A program made the translations under genes and the position numbers. DNA of 63,245 nt, counting the filler, from Lenisia limosa (taxonomy: Eukaryota; Protista; Breviatea): NCBI GenBank assembly GCA_001655205.1. It is 12 parts of 12 records of this genome, joined end to end, with 100 filler letters (N's around TTAATTAATTAA, not from the genome) between each part and the next. Parts side by side here need not be neighbours in the genome. Positions count along the whole stretch, not along the records: positions 10,562 to 21,494 come from LPNZ01008947.1; positions 21,595 to 33,925 come from LPNZ01010981.1; 10 more parts are not named here. One strand, 5' to 3'. This document shows positions 10,776 through 21,599 of this stretch, one piece after another (positions within the stretch are counted from its first letter, which is position 1; every line of letters starts with the position of its first letter). Below the pieces are notes generated by a model. It was not told the DNA's origin. It searched no databases and saw only the letters and a list, made by a program, of their open reading frames with translations.

Positions 10776-12665
10776 TATCGCATAGCAGCAGCCAAGGCGC
10801 CCGATTCCCCACAGGTCTGGAACAACGTGGGGATGTGCTTCTACTCCAAAGGCAATTATCTTGCTGTATGATGGGGCTACTATCGTATTATTGGATTATC
10901 TTGCTAAATGATGGGGCTATTATCGTATTATTATCTTGCTGTAAGATGGGGCTATTATCGTATTATTGGAATATTTATCTTGCTGTAAGATGGGGCTACT
11001 ATCGTATTATTGGAATATTTATCTTGCTAAATGATGGGGCTATTATCGTATTATTGGAATATTTGTCTTGCTGTAAGATGGGGCAACTATCGTATTATTG
11101 GAATGATTATCTTGCATCGTATCATTGGAATGGGTGCGAGGGGTCTTAATCATTTTCGCATCTTGTATGAAATAAGACCCTCTGAAACATCAAGACAAAC
11201 TGCAACATGATAACGAGATGATGATATGATATACTCTATATTACATAATATGATATGCATAAATATATGCATAATATATGTATGATATAATGTAGTGTAT
11301 CATATCTACAAGTTTATAATTATTAATCCTGGGAAACAATGTACAAAGCTTTGTGTTGAACTGTGTTCACCCCTCCATCAGGCAATTTCCTCGTTGAAGA
11401 AAGCGCTTTCTTTTGCACCATTTGAGTGGATTATTGCCTACAACCTGGGTTTGTGTCACCTCAAAACGGAACAGTAGGGGGGAAGGTTACGCTCAAACCG
11501 GACGGGTTTTTACATAATGATTCTGTTGAGCATATCATGTATTTAAAGCAATACCTAATTTCAAAGTATTAAGGGTATCAGTTTTAGCATTGCTGTTCTA
11601 AATCATGTTATCATTGTAACAATTTAGTCATTCCCGAACACCTTTTCAACATCTCACTTGGTATAATAATACAATTATGTGTATTGTATCAATAGGGTAT
11701 ACTTATCTTAGTAAAACTCACCATTTTAGCCATCATTAACCTGTTTTATACCCCCCCTGGCCTGGGCTTTGTTTGTTTGGTTGTTATCAACCCTCGTGTG
11801 TTGTGTGTGTTGTCAGCCAACAAGAGTTGATTTTGGGCTTTTTTTGTTTCATACATATTTTCCCATTTTACCCCCCCCCCCAATTGTTGTCGTCCTTAAC
11901 CTGACAGGTACGCCTCCGCATTTCACTACTTATCGGCCACTATCAACCNNNNNNNNNNNNNNNNNNNNNNNNNNNNNNNNNNNNNNNNNNNNNNNNNNNN
12001 NNNNNNNNNNNNNNNNNNNNNNNNNNNNNNNNNNNNNNNNNNNNATTCATGCATCTTGCTGTGGGAGGGGAGGGCAGTTTTCTAATAGCTTTTAACTCAC
12101 ACCACTCTCTCTGATAAACATCAACTAAATGCTCTGAAAGCCTGTTGTTAAAAGTATAATTCTCAAATCGCACACCGCAGACACCCTCGGAGTTACTCAC
12201 AGTTCAGATCACATTGACGCATTTGGATGACCATGAGAACGCCTTCATGTTCTATGAGAAAAGCCTAGGCCTCCAAGAGGACTTCAACACCCACCTCAAC
12301 TATGCAATTGGCCTGGCTAGTGCGGGTGAAAACAGCAGGGCACGAGAGCAATTGAGATTGGTGAGGGTTGAAGAACTTTGTTAAAAAATTGAATGCGGTG
12401 CGCAGAAGCGACCCTCATGTGTTTCTAGCCAACAGAGTTGATTTTGGGCTTTTTTTTTTTTTTTTNNNNNNNNNNNNNNNNNNNNNNNNNNNNNNNNNNN
12501 NNNNNNNNNNNNNNNNNNNNNNNNNNNNNNNNNNNNNNNNNNNNNNNNNNNNNNNNNNNNNNNNNNNNNNNNNNNNNNNNTGGCTTCGGACAGTTGACAG
12601 GGGAACAGCAAGGGAGTAACGCAGAGTCTAAAACAGCCGCAGACGCACTGAAGAAGAAGCTGTAG
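10776..12665 (+). CDS. BBS4: Bardet-Biedl syndrome 4 protein (BBSome TPR subunit), 3' part
   Basis: Exons 10776-10865 YRIAAAKAPDSPQVWNNVGMCFYSKGNYLA, 11382-11473 AISSLKKALSFAPFEWIIAYNLGLCHLKTEQ, 11908- YASAFHYLSATIN, ~12208-12360 ITLTHLDDHENAFMFYEKSLGLQEDFNTHLNYA and terminal ..SKTAADALKKKL* (TAG 12663). These match the BBS4 signature [35 protein letters not shown].HL...QYASAFHFLSAAIN. Confidence 0.93.
10857..11110 (+). repeat. Minisatellite (~35-45 bp unit, 6-7 copies) that includes the BBS4 exon/intron junction
   Basis: The unit TATCTTGCT|GTAAGATGGGGCTACTATCGTATTATTGGAATATT recurs. The first copy is the real exon end and donor. Confidence 0.9.
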
Positions 12666-13244
12666 TGTGTGTAGCCTTTTTTGATATTAATATTTATTTG
12701 ATTTGAGATGTATCAAAGGGTGGAAGTGAAGCAGCTGGACGTCAAGTTTCAACAGGTTTCACCGTCGCAATGAGATTACATGGTTCTATTTTAAGACCTT
12801 GTTTTGGGTATGATCCAGAAAACGGTCGAAGGTTACACTAGTTGAATGACCATGGGCTGATAGTATGTAGTATGTATCATATGTTATAGAATATATATTG
12901 AAAATGTATTATGGATTCGAATTTGGCTTTCAAAATGGCTCGTTATACACTTTGTGGATTGCGCAGCGAGTTACTGGGTTGAAAGGCATGCAATGTGCAA
13001 GTGAGGTCAAGTTTCAATAACATATATTGTAAGCTTCAAGTGATGGATGAAACAGGAAACGTGATGCATATAAATAATTAAATACCACAGAGATAGAGAG
13101 AGGAGCAAAAAGAGAAGAAGACAAAGAGGAACAACATCAAAAAAAAAAAAAAAAAANNNNNNNNNNNNNNNNNNNNNNNNNNNNNNNNNNNNNNNNNNNN
13201 NNNNNNNNNNNNNNNNNNNNNNNNNNNNNNNNNNNNNNNNNNNN

Positions 13245-16200
13245 NCGCTGAGTTCCTTTGGGGACTTTTGTGTCTCCATAACGGTGCATTGGTCAAGTAA
13301 GCGGTCGACTTCGGCCTGAACAGCTTCGGGCTGGGAGGAGGTGTAATAAGAGAGGGAGAAATTGTAATAAGAGGAGTTATGGGATGTGGTCAGGATGGGA
13401 AGAGGTATGCGAGCGTTTATTGAGGGCTGATGGGGGGGAGGGAAACAAAAAAAAGCCGAAATCAACTCGTGATGTGAGTTGGAGAAGGATTGAGGAAAAA
13501 GTAGGTGCCATGGAGGATGACTGAGGACAAAGTAGCACGTAAAATAGGGGAGATACAAAAAAACAAACAAAGTAAGTCAAACAACTACATTTACATAAAC
13601 GTATTTCATATTTTGCTCGATATGCCGATTAAAAATGTAACACGAGTGAATCATTTGAAAAACAATGCAACTGGCCACTTTATATACTTCCGACCCAGTG
13701 TCCAATTCTGGCCTTAATCTCGTACCGCTCACCATTTCTCTTAAAACCGGCCGAAGCAGGAAGCACCCTAGGAAGGCATGGTAGCGCCAAATGTCTCCCT
13801 AAGAGGGAAGTGGTGTTTATAAAAACAAATAATAAAAATAATAAAAAATTTCCCTCATAGGGGAGTGGTCAGGAAAAGACTGGGAGTCGTTCCTTTTTAT
13901 GTCCACGCTATTATCGAAGGAAATCACAAGGTGTTTAAAGATAACCTGAATAGTTCTCCCCCCCACCTCCTTAAACAGGTCAAAGATTTTGTTTGGTACT
14001 TCCACTCCCCCCGACACGAATCGTCGCATTTGAATCTTAAGGGGGAATGGTGATGATCCCTATTGCCCTATACTTTTCTTATATGTATTTAATACATGAT
14101 TGTTGTATATATTGTTAACACAAAAAAGAGATCACAAACCTGAGGGCACTTAGTGTGGACATCCACATCAATTAGTTTCAGATTGGTGTCAATAGAGCAG
14201 TCAGGTCCAATATGTCTGTCGGAGAATGGAGAGTCTGTGGGGGGAGGGGGATTGGAAAATTGATGACAAAAAAATAGCCCAAAATCAACTGTTGGCTGAC
14301 AGGTCCACACAGAGGTAATTATAACACCCCCCCACCCTCCTCCCTCTCCGTCATCCACTGATCCGGGCTCCAGTCGCACATGATTCGACCATGGACCTCG
14401 AGGGACGCCAACGAGGCCATTAATGAGGCCGCCACGCCAAGTTTTCGCGTGAATCTGCGAAGGGGAGGGGTGAAAATCGGACATTATCTGAAACAAAATT
14501 ATTAATATTATAATAGTCCTTTATATCCTACTTTTCATCGCAAGCTAAGCAGATGAAGCAATACTCTAACCTCTATCCCCCCTCGCCCTCAATTCAATCT
14601 GTAGTATAATATAAAAAATATCATAATGATATACATATACTATTTGATATGTACATCCCCAGTGTCTTAAAATTCATCCCATCATAGCAATTCCACTAGG
14701 GAGTATTTCGCCTATTTCGCAAAAATTACAGTCATACTCTGCTGTTCGCCCGCGCGGTGAGAGGAAATGGGTAGCCGGACGTAACTGAGTTGTGAATGTA
14801 TAATATCTCGATATATCATATAGTATATGAAATTATCAAAGAAGTTCTTGCCTTGAATTTTAATTTTATCAATACACAGCGATCGGGATAAGTTTTGACC
14901 GATTTGCTATGTGATTTCCCTAGAAAAATAGGTCAAGACTTATCCCGGTCACTGTAACTGATATTTATCATACTATGTATATGTAGTTGTAAACAAACTC
15001 AAGCCTTACCATTTCGACCATAACCGTTCGATTTGACGGACAATGTCCCAAAATGGTCACAATGTCTCTTGACCCTCGGAGTACCTCAAAAGGTAAGTCA
15101 ACTACTTCCGTATAAGGCAAGTGATTATTTTCTTAGAGACAGCACACCAAATTTTATAACATGAATAGGAAGCAATACCAACTTTTATACCGATAATAGT
15201 AATCCGCACCCACTTTAAGTAGTTCAGCTCCCTTGTCGCAAGACGGGTCACCACAAGTGTATATTGCCACCGGTATGGGTCTAATTAGGGGGGGGGGGAG
15301 TCAAATTGGAAAATTTGGGTTATTTGGTGGTGTGTGTGTGAAGGGGGGGGGGTTGCAATATTGTACTTTAGAATGGGCGTGAAAGTTCAGAAAGCAGCCT
15401 ACGTTTGTCGCCATTTTTCATCTTCAGTTTCGGGGGGATTCCAGTCTCCAAGCACCACACGGGCTTTTCCATTCCTGCAGTATTCAGCGAAGAAGAAAAG
15501 AAGAAAATGTAATGTTCATGCATACAATCTGTTGGTATAGTGCCTTGCCATCTGGAATGTTATAAGTATGTAGCTACTTCACATTTTATAAGAGCTTGGA
15601 TACTGAAAATCCTGATTTCGCACAATCATTTGAGTTACATGCTTCTGAGCTCCAACATGAAAAAATATTTAAACTAAGATATCATATGATATGTAAAGAT
15701 GAGAAATAAGTGCCTTGCAGAATCCGTTATAAAAAAATAGTTCCAAGCGCAATTTTGAAAAAAAAACGGTGATTGATGATGATTGTTCATAAACTCAACT
15801 CATAGCAAGTTGCCAGCTTCATTCAATCAAGCAATTTTGTTTTTAGAGTTGAAAAAAAAAGAACTATGTGAAATGCATTTTCTCAAGATTAAACGTTAGT
15901 TTTCGAAAATAATGACTCTAAAATGATGTTATTATATATATCTCATCTCAAAATTGAAAAGTCTTCAAATAATTAGACATGCCACTCACTCGTGATGATG
16001 GTTAACATCAAGTTTCATTGTAAACTGCTGGTGCATTTCACAACCCACAAGGGTAGGCAGATCCTTTGTGTACTATGTGGTCAGATAAGTCTACTCCCCC
16101 ATTCAACCAATTCTTCAAAGCATACATTGAAGTAGCCATAAGTATCTTGCTTTGGCAATGGCGGGTCGCTGTGATGGTAAAAAGAGTACGACAAAGTGAA

Positions 16201-16450
16201 AAGAAAAAACCAAATAGCATTTCTTGCATCACATTTGAACGAAATATGTTCCTACTCCCTCAGAATTGCAAACCTTGACAATAAAAATGACGTTTCTGTT
16301 TCCACAAGAGGCTCTACAACGGATGCCGATGAGTTGGTTGGTGAAGCAGACGGAGAGGGGGACGTTAAAATGGTTCGAACTTCGGTTTTAACGGATTCAT
16401 CGAACTTTACACCTCTGTTTCCATGGGAATTGGAGCTAAGGGCTATCGAT
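13245..16450 (-). CDS. Divergent protein kinase-like protein (PKDCC/POMK/DIPK-like)
   Basis: Spliced exons read ..TRLATRELNYLKW|VLRGSRDIVTILGHCPSNRTVMVEM (subdomains III-V-like), EFTRKLGVAASLMASLASLEVHGRIMCDWSPDQW (cf. POMK RVMCD), ..DTNLKLIDVDVH (DLD-type subdomain VII) and PEAVQAEVDRLLDQC..KSPKEL. Some frames are ambiguous. Confidence 0.6.
14877..14954. mobile_element. MITE family E (hairpin, CAGT...ACTG termini, TA-flanked; Tc1/pogo-like)
   Basis: CAGCGATCGGGATAAGTTTTGACCGATTT...AAATAGGTCAAGACTTATCCCGGTCACTGta. Copies at ~18567, 18838, 20400, 20460, 21171-21252 and 54410. Confidence 0.8.
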
Positions 16451-16898
16451 TTGAGATTGGTGAAGATGAATATAAGATAAAACGCTTGCATACCTTGGTA
16501 AATAAATGTCAAACTGAATAGCAAGGTCACTGTAAACGTGAAAAAAACCTAAGTCTCAGTTAACAAGAAAGTGTAAGAACATGTAGGCTGTTATTATCCG
16601 CAATGCCTTAACATTTAGGATACTATACTGTATATGGATTACTTAAAGTGGCAAATTCAGCAAAACAGCCGTGTAGCTTACATGTTTTTTAAGTGAATAT
16701 TCAGACATGATAGATTTCACAGAAAATCACATTAAAGAGTTAGAGAACTTTATTTGCAAGCAATTAGAGCCCAAAAAGCTAGCACAAACAGGGTGAAGCA
16801 ATATTATCATCCCTGCGGTATATATATTGTACTATAAAATAAAAACCCAGAATGAATTTTCTACTTTCTGCCATCGTATTAACAGTTAATACGTTAAA

Positions 16899-19800
16899 AT
16901 GGTAGAATCCCCTCCTTCTCAGACCAAGACGAAGTTCGCGAAGAAGTGGTGTACTACCGGCGGGCTCAAGGAAAAGCTCCGAAACACGTTTATATGGACT
17001 ACGATGATTGTTATCGTGCTTCCACTCATTGGCGAGGTAAAGCGCAGATCCGAGTTTCTAGCTTATCTGCTGTAGGCGTTTGACTTCGAATTAGCGTCCA
17101 AATTTGTTAATGTGCAATACAAAGCAGGTGTTGACAAGTTCGGCAGGAGCCTTTATGAAATGTATGTAAAATGGGCATTTTTCCTCGAGCGATCTCACCC
17201 TTCTAGTGGCTTTGACGACGTTTATATGTTTGTATGGCTTTTTGCATGCTGTTTCGGGGTACGATTCCTCACTATCAAGTACATTATCAGGGTATGTTCT
17301 GAGTGTTGTGCGTCGCCAATTGACCGCCTTTTGTGATCTGCACCATAGCATCTTTTGCATCCCCTCATATTTACCAGAGATTTATCTTTTTCATAGCATG
17401 TTTATGGGCATTGTAATTGGAGATGTGTAAAGGTTTTTTTTTCTTGAAATTTCGTCTTTTTTGTCTTTTCCGTCACTGAATCGTGAAATTTCCGTCTTTT
17501 GTATTTATTGGTCATATAACGAGTAGAAGAAGACAATTTAATATGGTACTCTTTTGAAGGCCTATGCTGCCCATTTATGAATTGATGAATTCTTTTGGTT
17601 TTGTTGAAGCTGAAATGCTTTATGGTTACAGTCTTAATGTTTTCTTGTCTAGGATTTTTCGGCCTGTTTTTATCTTTCCTCATAAATTCCCCGCCTTAAC
17701 GGTGAGTTATTTTTTATTATTGTTTTTTTTTTATTAAAACTTTGGCTGATTCTCTTATGTTTCTAATAATTATTATTTTGAATTATCAAAGTCGGCTTCT
17801 TTGTTGTCTGATCTTGTAGAACTCCATTTTTACGAGTTTAGCGGATCTGCAAGCTTTGTATCGGCTATTCTGTCGGCGAGACTGTGCCGTATGGGGGAGT
17901 CTTTTCACCCCTCCTCCTCCCCCCTCAATGAAGTCCTCCCACTTTACCTTCCTCTCCCAGAATCAAGTACCATTGTACCTATTGATTCACTTCGGTTCAA
18001 AAAAGACTGGATTTCTCGATAAATCCTCGAAAATTATCGATATTTTACCGATTTTTTTTTGAATCGAAGTGGAGCACTAGTTGAACCCCCCCCCCCCCNN
18101 NNNNNNNNNNNNNNNNNNNNNNNNNNNNNNNNNNNNNNNNNNNNNNNNNNNNNNNNNNNNNNNNNNNNNNNNNNNNNNNNNNNNNNNNNNNNNNNNNNNN
18201 NNNNNNNGACGAGTCGACAGATGCGGATGAAGAAGGCTCGGTTGCGGCTCGGTTCGAGGTCAATGCTTGGACCTGTATTCACCACACGTTCGCCTTCTCT
18301 TTTGGAATGGTTGTGCTGTCACAGGTTGGGGGGTGGGGTGACTGCAGCTTAGTGGTGTGTCCTAGACAAAAGAAGTGATTTTAGATGAACAAGTGATTTA
18401 CACCAAATAAATGTGTTTTAGGCCAAATAAGTGATGCGTTTTAGATCGAAAACGGTTTCCGTCTGTCGGGTCCCGAGGCCACATGGCCAAGGTATGCTGG
18501 GAGTACGCAAAAAGGAGTGTGCACCGAGTTGTTAGGCAAATGATAGATCATGAAATACCTCGATTCAGTGTCCGGGATAGGTTTTGACCTATTTTCCTTG
18601 GGAATTCACAAAGCAAATCGGTCGACTATCCTGTTTACTGAATATTAAACATTAGGGAATGGACGGGTGCGGCCTTTCTCACCCCCATAGTATCCCGAAC
18701 GTGGCGGTGCTCCCCATTGTCAAGCTGTATTACCTCTATATCCTGAGCTACTTCAGCAGCGCGTCTGTTGGTCGGCTTGGGGTGGCGAGCTGGATTGGTC
18801 TGATTATAATGGCTTGAAAGTAGAGTCATACATAAAGTAACCAGAGATAAGCCTTGACCGATTTGCTCTCTGATTTCCCAAGGAAAATCGGTCAATACTT
18901 ATCCAGGTCACGTAAAGTAAATGCATCTGTCTACCCTCCATCTCAAATTGGTAATGTTGTGGGTAAAAAAGAGTGATGGGTGTGATTTTGACCCTTCGTA
19001 GAATCGCTGACTATGCCGCATGGAGACGATGACAAGGCAATGTTGGCCCATCACGCCGCTACCGTTTCCCTGATTGGATTCTCATATTCCTTCAAGTGGG
19101 GGGAAAAGGGGGTCCAGGTGTAGGGGATAACTGTAATAGAGGGTCGGTAACTGTTAGACAGTGTGTATGATAAGGTATGAGACTGTATCATAGCAATATC
19201 ATATAACATGTATAAAATCTCGTATAAGCGTGATGGTGTGGACAGATACAACCTTGTTTTTTTTTCATTGCTTTGATGCATATCATGAATACATATTATA
19301 TATTTACTAAATGATATATGTATACAAACATTCTATGTATAATGTTTACCTTATCACAGTATTTGACCCGTGTAGCCATCTCTACCCTGGTATCCAGCTC
19401 AGTGCCCTCCATGACTCTGCTGACATTTTCCTTCCCCTTGCCAAGCTCTTTAGATACTCGGGATGGGAGAAGGCATGTGATGCTACGTGGGTGGTGGGAA
19501 TTAGGGCTTTACTTCGGTTCGAAAAAAAGACGGAATTTCTCGATAAATCCTCGGAAACTATCGATGTTTTACGGTATTTTTCGAACCGAAGTGAAGCCCT
19601 TGTGAGAATAGCCGCAATTTACATTAGTTTTGGATTGTGCTTTTATTTTTCTTTTGCTTGGGGGTAGAGTATTTCTGTTTCTTCCCTAACCGACTTAGAT
19701 TTGTTGTGTTTACTCTCGTATGGGTGCTTTCAAGACACGTGCTTCTTGGCTACTTCTTTTATACTTACCTGTGGGTTGGGGGCTGCAGTAAGTAGTTGAA

Positions 19801-21342
19801 GTCAGATTCCATTTTATTCCAATAAACCATTACCATGAGCTTTGCTTTTTTACTACAAGGGGTGGTAATGGTTTGAACGTTCTTTGGATATTGGTTGATG
19901 AAGTGTTCTCACATAAGCTGTTCTTGTCAAAGTGCGAGCGGACTTTTCTATCACAGAGTATGCTTGTGATACTCTCAAACAAACGCCATGTAATTCAACG
20001 CATTTATAAGAATGAAAGCCCCTAGAAATGACCATCTCGGGCTTCCTAACGCAATTCTCGATAAATCCGATATTTTAACAGTCTTTTTCGGACGTAGGGA
20101 AGCCCTATGACTATCAAATTGTCTCTATCTTTAACCTCTTTTCTGGACTAACCTCTTAGCTTTGACAACCCGAAATACATGGACTATGTCTGGGATTTTG
20201 AGAAGTCCCATTTCTGGAGCTTTGGAACTTGGTGAGTGGTTCAATCTCAACCTGTTATTTTCCCTTCTAATAATACACAAACCATGATAGTTTTTGACTG
20301 AAATGTCTCCTCCCCCTCACCCGTTGATTATACCGGGCAAAAATCACCATATCCAAAACTAATATGGTATAATTATACATATGATATGCGATACTAATAG
20401 CACTGATTGGAATAAGTCCTGACCGATTTGCTGTATGATTTCGCAAGGAAAATCGGTCAAGACTTAGGAAAAGGCTTGACCTCTTATTTTCCTTGCGAAA
20501 TAGCAAAGCAAATCGGTCCAGAATTATTCCTCTCAGTGTGCATATGATATGTGATACTGATATGGTCTCATGTATTCAATAAAGTAGCTCGTCCATTTTC
20601 CTGATACCTTATCTCTTGTTGCAGTTGTGGAACAATGAGAGTGCAACTGTATATAATGCAACTGTTTCAATGTTGTCTTCTTCGATCATCAGTTTTTAAC
20701 TCATTATCCTGAGCTTTGTTTGCCTTTTGCTGTTTTCAATCCTCTTGTGTTGCCAGCCAACTGAGTTATTTTTGGCTTTTATTGTTTATTTTTGTTTCAT
20801 AAATAGTCCAATTTTACTGGAGTGATGGGATGTGGTGTTGCAAAAGTGACTGACCTGGGCTTTGTCTGCTTTGTTATTATGTGTTGTCAGCCAACAGAGT
20901 TGATTTTGGGTGTTTCATAAATTTTCCAATTATACCCCCCCCCCCCTGCCCATCCACGAATTTGACCTCGCCAGGTGCTTCTACCTAGGTGCCACCTCCA
21001 TTTTGCTCATTCTTCACATTTACTGGTCCACGTTGATCTATAAAATCCTCAAACTGGCTCTTTCTGGGGTTTGTGTGGATGGAATTTTTGAATGATTATG
21101 GTGGAACAAGAAATACGATTTAATCAAACGCTTCTTGCGGTGACATTGGATATTAAATTCCCTACACTTACAGTGACCGACCGGGATATTGCTTGATCGA
21201 TTTGCTGTATGCTTTCTCAAAGAAAATCGGACAAGACTTATCCCAGTCACGGTACACTTACCGCATTTAGAAGCAAATTGAAGATGTCAGAGAGATCAGT
21301 GAAGAGGATGGAGGAATCTGCGTGTCTTCTCAATCAGACGAA
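16899..21342 (+). CDS. LAG1: Ceramide synthase (LAG1/CerS, TLC domain); 3' end uncertain
   Basis: ATG 16899. About 11 exons: MVESPPSQ..LPLIGE|AFDFELASKFVNVQYK..SLYE|IGFDDVYMFVWLFACCFGVRF..|ARFEVNAWTCIHHTFAFSFGMVVLSQ|..PIVKLYYLYILSYFSS|..AMLAHHAATVSLIGFSYSF|NHLYPGIQLSALHDSADIFLPLAKLFRY (Lag1p motif)|FVVFTLVWVLSRH|..LLILHIYWSTLIYKIL|KQIEDVREISEED. Confidence 0.92.
19504..19599. mobile_element. MITE family A (TIR GGGCTTCACTTCGGTTCGAAAAA), ~96 bp
   Basis: Near-perfect ~23 bp TIRs. About 15 copies or fragments, at ~3945, 8177, 10012, 10677, 17986, 19504, 22690, 24937, 27731, 43000, 43423, 45420, 53755, 55737 and 56526. Confidence 0.88.
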
Positions 21343-21599
21343 GTAGGCAAAAAAAACTACTCTTTTGGGCACAGAACATTTGGCAGTTTATTTTATGCCC
21401 TCCACGCGGTCGCCTGCCTGGGCTTTGTTGGAGACTGGCCTGGGCTTTGTTGGAGACTGGCCTGGGCTTTGTTTGTTGGAGACTGGCCTGGGCTNNNNNN
21501 NNNNNNNNNNNNNNNNNNNNNNNNNNNNNNNNNNNNNNTTAATTAATTAANNNNNNNNNNNNNNNNNNNNNNNNNNNNNNNNNNNNNNNNNNNNTTCAT

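Noticed and set aside
10857-11110. CRISPR-like arrays (also 41195-41378 and 46990-47055)
   Set aside because: The units are head-to-tail with no unique spacers, no cas genes are present, and the context is a eukaryotic intron.
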